A program made the translations under genes and the position numbers. A stretch of DNA of 64,000 nucleotides from Candidatus Aenigmatarchaeota archaeon (GTDB taxonomy: Archaea; Aenigmatarchaeota; Aenigmatarchaeia; QMZS01), in the NCBI GenBank assembly GCA_030600555.1, contig JAUVLW010000001.1, forward strand, positions 6,411-70,410. The letters run 5' to 3'. Below the pieces are notes generated by a model, which searched no databases, was not told the DNA's origin, and saw only the letters and a program-made list of their open reading frames with translations. Of this stretch, positions 18,839-28,028 are shown piece after piece. Within the stretch, counting starts at the first letter, position 1. The number at the start of each line of letters is the position of its first letter.

Positions 18839-18907
18839 GCGAAAGTGAATATTCAAAACTTGTTGAAGGGAAATGGCATCTGATAGATTAGGGAAGAATT
18901 AATTAAA
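18839..18907 (+). repeat. direct repeat copy B (degenerate duplicate of aIF2-gamma 3' end)
   Basis: Out-of-frame remnant (..AKVNIQNLLKGNGI*) of the aIF2-gamma C-terminal coding sequence, immediately upstream of 18921. Confidence 0.6.
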
Positions 18908-18920
18908 TAAGTTATCAATT

Positions 18921-20003
18921 ATGAGTACTCAGGAAAATTTTTATGATGTAATTGTTGTTGGTGCAGGACCTGGCGGAAGCGCAGCCGCCGAGAAATGCGC
19001 TGGACATGGACTAAAAACTCTGCTAATTGAAAAAGAAAAACTTCCGCGGGACAAACCATGCGGTGGTTTGTGTATTGATTATCTAAAAGAACTCATTGAA
19101 TTGTATGGTTCTGAAATTAATGATATCGTTGAGGGAAGGACGGAGATATTAAAAGTGTATCTTAACCAGAATATTGTATTTTCAAAAAATTATCCAATAG
19201 ATTCATTCTTGCGAAAGAAACTTGATTATTTTATTACAAACAAAGCAATTAAATCTGGGGCAAATGTGATTGACAATTGTGCAGTAAATAATATTGTAAT
19301 TGGTAGGAACAAAGTGCAGGTTTCTACGGAAAAAGGACTGTTTAATTCAAAAATAATTATCGGCGCAGACGGAGTAAATAGTATTGTTGCAAAGAAGACA
19401 GGATTAAATGAGGGTTGGAATAAAAATGATGTCTCGCTTGCAATGGAGTCTGAGATAAAAATGAGCAGCAAAGAAATTGAAAAAAGATTTGGAAATTGCA
19501 TTTTTATATATACTTATTCCAATTTCCTCGGATATGAATGGGTTATACCAAAAAAGGGATGCGTCAATATCGGGCTTGGAACTTCTGTATCCAGATCCCG
19601 TAATCTAAAAGAACGATTTGAGGATTTGGCTAAACGATTGAATATTAAAGTGAAACCAGCAGATATCAAAGCGCACATGATACCTTTGAATTTACTTAAA
19701 AAAACTTATAAAGAGAGAGTGCTTTTGTGCGGAGATGCAGGCGGATTCGTATATCCTCTTATGGGAGCTGGCATTGAAACGGCTATCAGAAGTGGCAGGG
19801 CTGCTGCTGACCTATGCAACGAAGCTGTAGAAAATAATGATTTTTCTTTAAAGAGATTTAAAAAATATGAAACCTATTGTGATTATTTTGTTAAAGAGAT
19901 AAAAAAGAGTAGATTGCAGTTAAGTATCTTTGAATTTTGCCTGAAATACAAATTGCTAAACCGTTTTTTGATAACCAGACTTTTTAGATCTATGGTGAGG
20001 TGA
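18921..20003 (+). CDS. geranylgeranyl reductase family FAD-dependent oxidoreductase
   Basis: YDVIVVGAGPGGSAAAEK is an FAD Rossmann motif, followed by PCGG. 360 aa. Confidence 0.8.
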   Translation: MSTQENFYDVIVVGAGPGGSAAAEKCAGHGLKTLLIEKEKLPRDKPCGGLCIDYLKELIELYGSEINDIVEGRTEILKVYLNQNIVFSKNYPIDSFLRKKLDYFITNKAIKSGANVIDNCAVNNIVIGRNKVQVSTEKGLFNSKIIIGADGVNSIVAKKTGLNEGWNKNDVSLAMESEIKMSSKEIEKRFGNCIFIYTYSNFLGYEWVIPKKGCVNIGLGTSVSRSRNLKERFEDLAKRLNIKVKPADIKAHMIPLNLLKKTYKERVLLCGDAGGFVYPLMGAGIETAIRSGRAAADLCNEAVENNDFSLKRFKKYETYCDYFVKEIKKSRLQLSIFEFCLKYKLLNRFLITRLFRSMVR

Positions 20004-20084
20004 ACTCCCTTTCCATTGTTTGAACTATTTTATAATTTCCCCTCAAAATTATTAACTTACTTAAAATTATAATTATAATAATTT

Positions 20085-20843
20085 ATGAAACTTGAATCAC
20101 CAGAATTAATAGCAGATCTTTTATCAAAAGACCGGAGAATAGATACCCGGAAACTGAATGAAACAAGGAAAATAGAATATAAAGTTAATTTTGTGAAAAA
20201 AGCAGAGGGGAGTTGTTATCTTTCTATGGGAAATACAAAAGTTGTTGTTGGAATTAAATTTGGCACAATGACCCCTTACCCGGACTCACCTGATAAGGGA
20301 GGTTTAATGGTTACTATTAATTATGCGCCAATTATCTGGAAGGAATTGTCAGCAAACTCAGATATTGAGATATCTCGGGTGCTTGACAGGAGCATAAGAG
20401 AGAGCAAAATGCTGGATTTAAAAGAATTCTGCGTGACAGAAGGAGAAAAAGCATTTCAGGTGTTTATAGACTGCTATGTGATGAATTATGATGGAAATCT
20501 TCTTGAAGCTCTTAATTTGGCAACCGTGAAAGCTTTAATGAACATGAATATGCCAAAACTTGAAGAAAATGACAAAATTGGGATTTCAGACAAAAAAATT
20601 GAGTTAAAATCAAAACCTGTGCTTGTAATGGTATCAGGACTTAATGACAAATACCTGTTTGATTTGAACCAATCTGAGGAAGGTGGTGTTGATTTTTCAA
20701 TTTCAATTTCATATCTTGATGAAAACACAATCTGCGCAATGCAGAAAACAGGGATTAAAGGAATTCCTGTGAGTAAAATGGATGAAATTTTCAAAATCGG
20801 AGCAGAGAAACAGAAGGAATTGAGGAAGATTTTAGATGAATAA
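20085..20843 (+). CDS. rrp42: exosome complex RNase PH-like subunit (Rrp42-like)
   Basis: DRRIDTRKLNETRKIEY...AEGSCYLSMGNTKVVVGIK is an RNase PH ring-subunit pattern. 252 aa. Confidence 0.6.
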   Translation: MKLESPELIADLLSKDRRIDTRKLNETRKIEYKVNFVKKAEGSCYLSMGNTKVVVGIKFGTMTPYPDSPDKGGLMVTINYAPIIWKELSANSDIEISRVLDRSIRESKMLDLKEFCVTEGEKAFQVFIDCYVMNYDGNLLEALNLATVKALMNMNMPKLEENDKIGISDKKIELKSKPVLVMVSGLNDKYLFDLNQSEEGGVDFSISISYLDENTICAMQKTGIKGIPVSKMDEIFKIGAEKQKELRKILDE

Positions 20844-20963
20844 TTTTTTATTTAATGAATTATTTTGTATATTGAGTTAAGTATTTAATAGGAATGTGTT
20901 TTGAAATACCTAATTAAAAATAAATGAAAATATTTTCCAATTAAAAATAATTCTAAAAAGTAA

Positions 20964-21662
20964 TTACAATCTTCTTCCTCTCCTACCCCCTTTCTTCCTC
21001 ATGTATCCATGAATCACTGGAGTTGAATCTTCAATTATGTTTATTTTTAAATCTGACCTTGAAATTGCTTTGATTGCTGATTGGGACCCTTTTCCAACTG
21101 ATGATGATTTATGTCCTCCTGGAGCCCTGATTCTTATATCAACCTCAGTAATTCCTCTTTCCAAAGTTTCTTTTACAACCCTTTGGGCCGCAAGCATTCC
21201 CTGAAATGAAGCGCTTTTTAATCTATCTGCTTTTGTAATCATACCCCCGGAAACTCTAGAGATTGTTTCTGCTCCAGTAATGTCAGTAACATGAAGTATT
21301 GTGTTATTTCCGCTTGAATAAATATGAATTACGCCTTTTTGACTTTCCTGTTTTTTTGGTTTGCTTTTAACTTCTTCAATAACCTCTTTTTTCTCTGATT
21401 TTTGGGTTTTTTTTACATTTTCTTCTGTTTTGACCTCATTTTTAATTTTAACTTTTTCTTCAACTTTAGAATCTTTTTTATATTCAGTTTTAATTTTTTC
21501 TTCTGTTTTGACCTTTTCTATCTCTTTAATTTTAACCTCTTTGGATTCGGTGTTTTCTTTTAAATCAGATTCCGGTTTAGTTTTAATTACTTCTTCTGTT
21601 TTCTCAGCTATTCCCGCTTTTTCATCCATTTTCACTTCGTTATTTTCTTTAGGCATAAACAT
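20964..21662 (-). CDS. rps11: 30S ribosomal protein uS11 with ~100 aa Lys/Glu-rich N-terminal extension
   Basis: C-terminal 130 aa (GVIHIYSSGNNTILHVTDITGAETISRVSGGM...RAPGGHKSS...GGRRGRRL) is canonical uS11. The N-terminal 100 aa are low-complexity K/E repeats. Confidence 0.85.
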   Translation of the reverse strand: MFMPKENNEVKMDEKAGIAEKTEEVIKTKPESDLKENTESKEVKIKEIEKVKTEEKIKTEYKKDSKVEEKVKIKNEVKTEENVKKTQKSEKKEVIEEVKSKPKKQESQKGVIHIYSSGNNTILHVTDITGAETISRVSGGMITKADRLKSASFQGMLAAQRVVKETLERGITEVDIRIRAPGGHKSSSVGKGSQSAIKAISRSDLKINIIEDSTPVIHGYMRKKGGRRGRRL

Positions 21663-21714
21663 AAAATAAAATTAAAAATAAAGGACTATAAAAGTTTAAT
21701 TAGAACTAATTATA

Positions 21715-21858
21715 ATGGACACAAGAAAGAAAGAATTGCCTGCGCAGTGCAGACGGTGCAAATCAACAAGCGGAGTGATAACAAAATATAACCTGTATTA
21801 TTGCAGACATTGTTTCAGGGAAATTGCAACCAGAATCGGATTTAAGAAATACGATTAA
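21715..21858 (+). CDS. rps14: 30S ribosomal protein uS14 (type Z / S29e)
   Basis: 47 aa: ..CRRC..GVITKYNLYYCRHCFREIATRIGFKKYD. Not in the ORF track because it is under 60 aa. Confidence 0.8.
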   Translation: MDTRKKELPAQCRRCKSTSGVITKYNLYYCRHCFREIATRIGFKKYD

Positions 21859-21900
21859 TTATTGCGAATTTTTAGATTATATATAAAAGGCTAGTATATT

Positions 21901-22305
21901 ATGCCCGAAGTAAATCAGAATGCTTTAGTTGTGCAGGAATTAGTAAGAAGAGCTAATTCACACACGCAAAGATTGAGAACTGTTGATGAACAGATGAGGC
22001 AGATTAATTCCAAACTTAGCAATGAAGAGCAACACAGATTGAAAATGAGTAAATTAAATACTGAAAAATTTGAGAAAATTATAGAAGATCTTGAGGGTAT
22101 TGATAATAAGATAAGCGACCTTAAAAATGAGCTTGTGAAAGTTCATGAAAAAGAAAAAGGTTTTGTAAAAGAAAAAGAAATAAATACAATTAAGAAGGAG
22201 ATGGAATTATTGTCTCCGATGAAACACGAGTTTGTGACCTGGAATGAATTAAACCGGGAAGTTAAAAAATTGAAAGATGAGTTTAAAATTGCCGTTCGGC
22301 CATAA
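21901..22305 (+). CDS. hypothetical coiled-coil protein
   Basis: 134 aa with heptad-rich, K/E-rich sequence. Confidence 0.4.
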   Translation: MPEVNQNALVVQELVRRANSHTQRLRTVDEQMRQINSKLSNEEQHRLKMSKLNTEKFEKIIEDLEGIDNKISDLKNELVKVHEKEKGFVKEKEINTIKKEMELLSPMKHEFVTWNELNREVKKLKDEFKIAVRP

Positions 22306-22315
22306 GGGGGAAGAA

Positions 22316-23053
22316 ATGGGAAGTATTCCGATTAAGGAAGTTACTTTGTTGAGAAAGCAGGGTAAATCTGATAGAGAAGTAATTACCAAATTAAAAGCGC
22401 AGGGATTTTCTTTTCAGGCAATTGAAAAAGCAATGTTGCATGTTTTAAAATCAGGTGTTGGGAATTCAAATGATCCTATCTCACAACCTGGAATGAGACC
22501 TCCTCAGAATTTTGGGCAACCACCTCAGGTAATTCCGCAGCAACCCCCAGGTATGCAACCTCCGCAACAAGGTTCCCCGCAGTTACCGCAAAGAGAGCAG
22601 GTAAATTTTGGAAGGCAGGCTCAGCCAGCCCAGGGAACTCAGGAATTAATGCCAGAACAGAAACTTGGATTTTCCGGCATGCAGGAACCAAGTCTTGAGA
22701 TGCAATCTGAACCAACTGATTTAATAGAAGAAATTGTTGAGGGTGTTGTTGAAGAAAAATTTGAGAAATTGGATACTAAATTTGAATTTATACAAAAAAA
22801 TCAGGAAAAACTAAAAGAAGAAATTGAGGCAATGAAAATTTTGTTGACAAATGAAGTTCAAAAAGTGGAGAAATTAGTTGAGGGGTCCAAAGAAGAAACC
22901 AATAAATTGGATGATGAAATAGAAACAATAGATATTAAATGCGCGGCTCTTGAAAGAGCATTCAAACAATTTTTGCCAGACCTTGCGGAGAAAGTTAGGT
23001 CAAAGACTTTGAAACAACAGGGGGTTGAGGTTGTTAATGAAGAGATGAAATAA
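22316..23053 (+). CDS. hypothetical protein: small N-terminal domain, Pro/Gln-rich linker, C-terminal coiled coil
   Basis: The PPQ/QPP low-complexity block (22480..22640) is followed by an acidic coiled coil. The start is set to the internal Met MGSIPIKE. Confidence 0.4.
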   Translation: MGSIPIKEVTLLRKQGKSDREVITKLKAQGFSFQAIEKAMLHVLKSGVGNSNDPISQPGMRPPQNFGQPPQVIPQQPPGMQPPQQGSPQLPQREQVNFGRQAQPAQGTQELMPEQKLGFSGMQEPSLEMQSEPTDLIEEIVEGVVEEKFEKLDTKFEFIQKNQEKLKEEIEAMKILLTNEVQKVEKLVEGSKEETNKLDDEIETIDIKCAALERAFKQFLPDLAEKVRSKTLKQQGVEVVNEEMK

Positions 23054-23142
23054 TCTTTTAATAAACAGATGAAATAATTATTTGAGGAATAAATATTAAA
23101 ATAAACTGGAATAAAAAATCCAACCAACAGCTATTGAAATAA

Positions 23143-23466
23143 TTAGTGCTCAATAAATTTCATTTTATATTTCCCTAACAGAATATCATTCCCGCTGTGA
23201 AGTTCAACAGGCCGATAAGAATCCAATTCTTCAGTCATAGAAAAATCCTTGCCATAACGCGTTAATTTAGTTCTGTTTTTAGAATCCAAATCTTCCAGAT
23301 AATAAATTTCATTTTCTGTAAAGATTTCTGCGTGTCTTCCTGAAACAGTTTTTAAAATTTCTTTATTTCCTTTTAGAATTATATCGCAGGTTCCATTTGT
23401 TCCTATAATAACTTTAGCGTAAACATCGTAGATTTTATTATCTTCTAAATCAAATAAGATTGCCAT
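23143..23466 (-). CDS. FHA-domain protein
   Basis: ..ILKGNKEILKTVSGRHAEIFTENEIYYLEDLDSKNRTKL.. matches the FHA core (GR/VSRxHAxI...YxLxDLxSxNGT). 107 aa. Confidence 0.65.
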   Translation of the reverse strand: MAILFDLEDNKIYDVYAKVIIGTNGTCDIILKGNKEILKTVSGRHAEIFTENEIYYLEDLDSKNRTKLTRYGKDFSMTEELDSYRPVELHSGNDILLGKYKMKFIEH

Positions 23467-23553
23467 ATATGATTATTATATAAAAGTAAATATTGCTTAA
23501 AAATAAAACATATCTTGAAAAAGTTTATTATATGAGAATTATCAGAATATATT

Positions 23554-25374
23554 ATGGATTCTATGACTTTAGATGAAGCTATAAATAAATTTAAGAAGTT
23601 TGATAATGATTTACCTGAAAAATTTAGAATCTCCAGGCAGGATATACTTAATGGGGATGTTAAAAAATTAATTAAAGCCTATCGAATATTGGCTATGAAA
23701 TATCACCCAGATAGGAATTCATTACCTGAAGCAGAAGAAAAATTTAAGGAAATGAAGTCAGTTTATGAATTTTTAATAGTGGAAGCTGAATATTACCAAG
23801 AGAAAAAAAAAGTAAGTGATCCAGAAGAAGCAAAAAGAGAAAAATCAAAAGAGAAAAAGACTTACGATGATCAGGATACTTTTGAAGAGAAAATTATTGA
23901 TTTGGAAAAACAACGAGAGCAGGGATCAGTCCAAAAGATAATTAATATGTTAACTGGAAAGTCAACACAAGGAGGCGCAATATCTAAAGGGGAACTCCAG
24001 AAAATAGTAAAAAGAATACGAAGAAAAAAAATCCCTTTGATTAAAGATGAAAAACAACGTTTTGAATATCAAAATAAATTATATTTAATAACAAAAATAT
24101 ATAAATTAATAAAAGGCGGCAGGTTTGATGAAAGTAAATCTTTGGAATGTTTTAATAGGTTAATGGATTTGGAAACCAGCATTGATAATGTTTTGATGGC
24201 TCAGGAATTGGAGGGGATAGAAAAATCACCAATGATAAGACCTGATTATGGAGTGACTTCCGTAATCAAAGAAAGAAAAACTGAAACAGAACCTTCGAAA
24301 GAACCGCTTCAACTTGGACCTGGACCAAAACCCGGAGAATATTCCCCAATTATAAGACCTGATTATACAGGAACTTCAAGACCAAAAGGTGAAGGACCTG
24401 TAATAACACCACCACCAAAAAAACCTCTCCAACTAGGTCCAGAAGTTTCTGAACCCGAACCAAACCCGGAACCCGAGCCAAAAACAAAAAAACAGAAAAC
24501 TAGAGGAACTGGAATTCCCAGAAATCTTTGGATACCTTTATTACAATTCTTCGCATTCATTCTCGGAATTTACCTGCTTTTATTTACTCCTTACTGGATT
24601 TTCGGTTTGCCTTTGGTGATTGCGGGTATTCTGCTTTTAATTGGGGTCCAAAGCGAGAGAGAAGGTTTAAGAGAACTTTTTGATTGGTTCCTGCATGATG
24701 ATACAGGGAATAAATGGGGGATGATTCTTGTGGTTGGAATAGGGAGTTTAATTGTATATTTTCAACTTGGTCCTATAATTGCTGCAATACCCCTTTTAGT
24801 AATATTTACCTATTTCGCGTTTGGAAAAAAAGTTGTTGGTGATGGACATTTTGTTGAATATGTTACTGGACTGAGCGGAGCAACGATTGTATTGTACTAT
24901 TTTTTTGGATATTATGTTGCTGCAATACCTCTTTTGTTGGTGATTATAGCCAAGATATTTGGGAGAACTGCGCTCGGTGAACATTTTACTGAATTTATAA
25001 TGACTGGGACAGGAATTGTTCTTTTCATTGGAGGCGCCCAGTATGCGGCATCTTATCTTTATGTTACTTTTTCATGGCCTTTATTGGTGGGATTTGGTCT
25101 TTTCAATGCAATGCTCTTGATAGCATTATGGTCGATGGAAGAAGGTGGTGGAAATGCAGAAAAAGATAAAGCCGAAACTGAAGAGGCTAGAGCAGCGACA
25201 AAATATTATGAAAGTAAGATGGATAGACAGGATAAAAATTTGGATGAATGGAAGGAAGGTGCTGAGAAAGAAAAATTAAAAACAGAGAAGGAAGTGGCTG
25301 AGGAGGAAAAAAAAGCCGCAAAAGCAAAGACAGATGCTGCAGAAGCGGAAGAAGAAGTTGCTAAAGAAAACTAA
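23554..25374 (+). CDS. membrane-anchored J-domain protein
   Basis: N-terminal J domain with LIKAYRILAMKYHPDRN (HPD motif). Then a K/E-rich segment, two ~38 aa Pro-rich tandem repeats, 8-9 TM helices and a K/E/A-rich C-tail. 606 aa. Confidence 0.65.
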   Translation: MDSMTLDEAINKFKKFDNDLPEKFRISRQDILNGDVKKLIKAYRILAMKYHPDRNSLPEAEEKFKEMKSVYEFLIVEAEYYQEKKKVSDPEEAKREKSKEKKTYDDQDTFEEKIIDLEKQREQGSVQKIINMLTGKSTQGGAISKGELQKIVKRIRRKKIPLIKDEKQRFEYQNKLYLITKIYKLIKGGRFDESKSLECFNRLMDLETSIDNVLMAQELEGIEKSPMIRPDYGVTSVIKERKTETEPSKEPLQLGPGPKPGEYSPIIRPDYTGTSRPKGEGPVITPPPKKPLQLGPEVSEPEPNPEPEPKTKKQKTRGTGIPRNLWIPLLQFFAFILGIYLLLFTPYWIFGLPLVIAGILLLIGVQSEREGLRELFDWFLHDDTGNKWGMILVVGIGSLIVYFQLGPIIAAIPLLVIFTYFAFGKKVVGDGHFVEYVTGLSGATIVLYYFFGYYVAAIPLLLVIIAKIFGRTALGEHFTEFIMTGTGIVLFIGGAQYAASYLYVTFSWPLLVGFGLFNAMLLIALWSMEEGGGNAEKDKAETEEARAATKYYESKMDRQDKNLDEWKEGAEKEKLKTEKEVAEEEKKAAKAKTDAAEAEEEVAKEN

Positions 25375-25524
25375 AATGACAAAAAATAATTCAATTGGGA
25401 AAATCCAAAAAAATGAAGAGATGATGAAAGAAAAAAATTTAGTTGGGAAAAAAACTTTTCAGACAAAATCTGAAAAAATGTTTTGTAAAGAGAAAAATAT
25501 TATATTTGAAAAACACGCGAAAAT

Positions 25525-27324
25525 ATGAAAGGTGGATTTAGACTTGAACCCGGGTATATAATGAAATCCGCGTTATGCGGTTTCCTTATTGCATTTAATA
25601 CAGTCCTGTTCATGAATTATTTCCTTGATATAAATATCTACGGCGGAAGTTTGTTGTGGTTTGGTTTAATAGATGCGGCTCTTATTTTATTAGTTGCTTA
25701 TCCATTTAGAGAAGGCGGCGTAATTGCAATAACAATAATATTTTTGGTTTTTGGGTATGCGCTTTATGGACCTTATGCTGAATATTTAGCCGGACCTGTT
25801 AGCGGAATTAAAGAGAGTATGTCGGATATGCCTGAATTGGCGGAGAAACAAATGCACTGTATGATGTTGATTTTCACAAACCCAATGGCTTACCAGCAGG
25901 AATGCGGACCTGATCAGGAAAAAGTAATTGAAGAGGACCCTGAAGATTTTGGTCTGGAGATTGTAGACTTTGAAGTGCTGCCGGATATTGAAATCTATGC
26001 GAAAATGCCAATACAAATACGAACTGTGCTTGAGAATATGGGTGATTATCCTGCGATTAATGTGATGATAAGCAGCGTTGGTGAAAAATTCAGGAACTGT
26101 GAGGTGGAAGTTCTTAATATCAGCAAGGTTTCCGGGGAATCTATTGATAATTTAAGATTAGGTCAGACGCATCATTATAATATGATGGGTAAAGTAAATG
26201 ATCCTTGGAAAGGAGATGGAGAATGCATTTATGCGCAAAACAAAATGGGGCTTGATGGAACAATAGAGACAACTTGTTCTTATGATTACCAGACCGAATC
26301 TTATCTTGAATTGGAAGCAGTTAGAAATATGAATGAAGTTAAGAAATTTGAAGTTGTTTCTGCAAGGGAAAAAGCCGCCCCAGCAAATGTATTAATGTTC
26401 ACTTTTATTCCTTTGATATGGAAACTTATTGAGGATGGTGAAGAAGGTTCAGTTGAAGGTTACAGGGAAGCAATAATACCAATAAGTTTCCAGAATGAGA
26501 GACAGAAAGATAAAATTGGTTTGAGAGGTGAAAATTTGTATTATACGGTGTATATGGATAATGATCATGAGGCATCTGTTTGGTGCAATGAAGTATGTTC
26601 AGAAGTAAATGAACCTGAATGCATGACGGATTGCCTTGCTAGTTATAGTAAAGAAGATTCTAAACCCCACCATTGCGAAGAGTATGCAACAGGAGAATTG
26701 TTAAAAGGAGTACCTATTGATACTTGCGGCAGTTATAGAGGAGCTCCTAGTTATAATAGTGAAGAATATGTTAGTTGCACAATGAGGGAAGAAATTGCTG
26801 CAAGCGGGGAAGATGATTGCAAGAATAAAACCGGAACTGCAATAACAAACCAAGACGGCAGTTATTGGTTCTGCGCAAATTCTAAAGATAAAAAAATAAG
26901 TATTAAATTTAGCGAGGAACTGGATTGTAAACTTGCCCGAGGCGTGGTAATTTATGAAGTGGAAGGCAATTATAAAAGAGGAAGTGGAGATAAAATCACT
27001 TTATCTATTGTGGGTGAGCAAGCGAAAGAATTTGTGGAATTAAGATGCGATGATTCAATAGAAGTTTCAGAAGATGATGTTGTTAGATGCGATGAGGTGG
27101 ATGGTGAGATTAATCTGGTCTGGTTAAATAATGATCTGGAATTAAAGAAAGGAGAGAAGAGGTTTGTGTATTCAGGTGTGATTATTTCTTTAAATGACTG
27201 GCCTGAAGAATCAACAAAAATGAATTTTGGTGTAAAATCCCACGCAACCTATAGGGTTACGATTACAAAAACAAATACTTTCAAAGTCAATAATCCTTAT
27301 TATACCAGTTCGCCTGTTGATTGA
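25525..27324 (+). CDS. hypothetical membrane protein with large Cys-rich extracytoplasmic domain
   Basis: 3 N-terminal TM helices, then a ~450 aa domain with more than 25 Cys. The stop overlaps the next gene's start (ATGA). Confidence 0.5.
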   Translation: MKGGFRLEPGYIMKSALCGFLIAFNTVLFMNYFLDINIYGGSLLWFGLIDAALILLVAYPFREGGVIAITIIFLVFGYALYGPYAEYLAGPVSGIKESMSDMPELAEKQMHCMMLIFTNPMAYQQECGPDQEKVIEEDPEDFGLEIVDFEVLPDIEIYAKMPIQIRTVLENMGDYPAINVMISSVGEKFRNCEVEVLNISKVSGESIDNLRLGQTHHYNMMGKVNDPWKGDGECIYAQNKMGLDGTIETTCSYDYQTESYLELEAVRNMNEVKKFEVVSAREKAAPANVLMFTFIPLIWKLIEDGEEGSVEGYREAIIPISFQNERQKDKIGLRGENLYYTVYMDNDHEASVWCNEVCSEVNEPECMTDCLASYSKEDSKPHHCEEYATGELLKGVPIDTCGSYRGAPSYNSEEYVSCTMREEIAASGEDDCKNKTGTAITNQDGSYWFCANSKDKKISIKFSEELDCKLARGVVIYEVEGNYKRGSGDKITLSIVGEQAKEFVELRCDDSIEVSEDDVVRCDEVDGEINLVWLNNDLELKKGEKRFVYSGVIISLNDWPEESTKMNFGVKSHATYRVTITKTNTFKVNNPYYTSSPVD

Positions 27325-27356
27325 TATGTTATTTATTATTTTGTAAAAATAAATTT

Positions 27357-27893
27357 ATGGTGACTCAGAAGGAAATTATTGATTTAGTCGAAGGTAATTA
27401 TTCTGCGAAAGTTTACCGAGAATATTCAAATCCACCAACATATATAGAAATGAATGGTGTGGATATATCGCTTTATCCTGAATTTCCATTAAATTTTGGA
27501 TTAAATATATTATATGAAAATTTAGTGGGCTGTCATCTTAAACACCCTAAAACAATAGAACCTGATACAAATTTTAAAGTAAAAGGGATTGATATTGAAG
27601 CGCCTGCAAACTATAGGGTTTTTGTTGAACAAGGAGATTGTTTAAAAGAATTTCTTGATTTAACGGCTGATAAAAGAAATTTATATCCTGTAAAGTATCT
27701 TGAGGGTGAAATAATTGATTTAAAAAAGGAAGAATTTGATGAAGAGAAATTCCTGAAAATTGTTAATTCTTTCCATGAAATAGGAGATATGGTACTTAAG
27801 ATGGACGAAAGAAAAGAAGCTGAAGAAAAAGAAGAACGCAAGTGGAGGCAGAAACATAATTTTGGAAAGTATGAATCTTGGCTAAAAGAGTAA
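27357..27893 (+). CDS. hypothetical protein
   Basis: About 180 aa. Translationally coupled to the upstream gene. The internal Met MVTQKEI is taken as the start. Confidence 0.4.
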   Translation: MVTQKEIIDLVEGNYSAKVYREYSNPPTYIEMNGVDISLYPEFPLNFGLNILYENLVGCHLKHPKTIEPDTNFKVKGIDIEAPANYRVFVEQGDCLKEFLDLTADKRNLYPVKYLEGEIIDLKKEEFDEEKFLKIVNSFHEIGDMVLKMDERKEAEEKEERKWRQKHNFGKYESWLKE

Positions 27894-27952
27894 ATTATTA
27901 CCCTAAATCCGAAAATTTCTTATATAAATATTAAATTAATTATATTATACTA

Positions 27953-28014
27953 TCCGTATTCTTAACGGTTTATTGCTGATTCTTTTATCAGATTTATGTT
28001 CTAAACCGTTTACG
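27953..28014 (+). other. nested inverted-repeat (stem-loop) element between the 27357 gene and aCPSF1
   Basis: CCGTAttcttAACGGTTTA ... TAAACCGTTTACGG, with an inner CTGATtcttttATCAG palindrome. Confidence 0.4.
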
Positions 28015-28028
28015 GCAGTTGTTTAAAT

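Noticed and set aside
25334-25528. 64 aa Lys-rich ORF overlapping the 3' end of the J-domain protein gene.
   Set aside because: It is in an alternative frame of a confidently coding region plus a short spacer. Its low-complexity K-rich content probably mirrors the K/E-coding tail.
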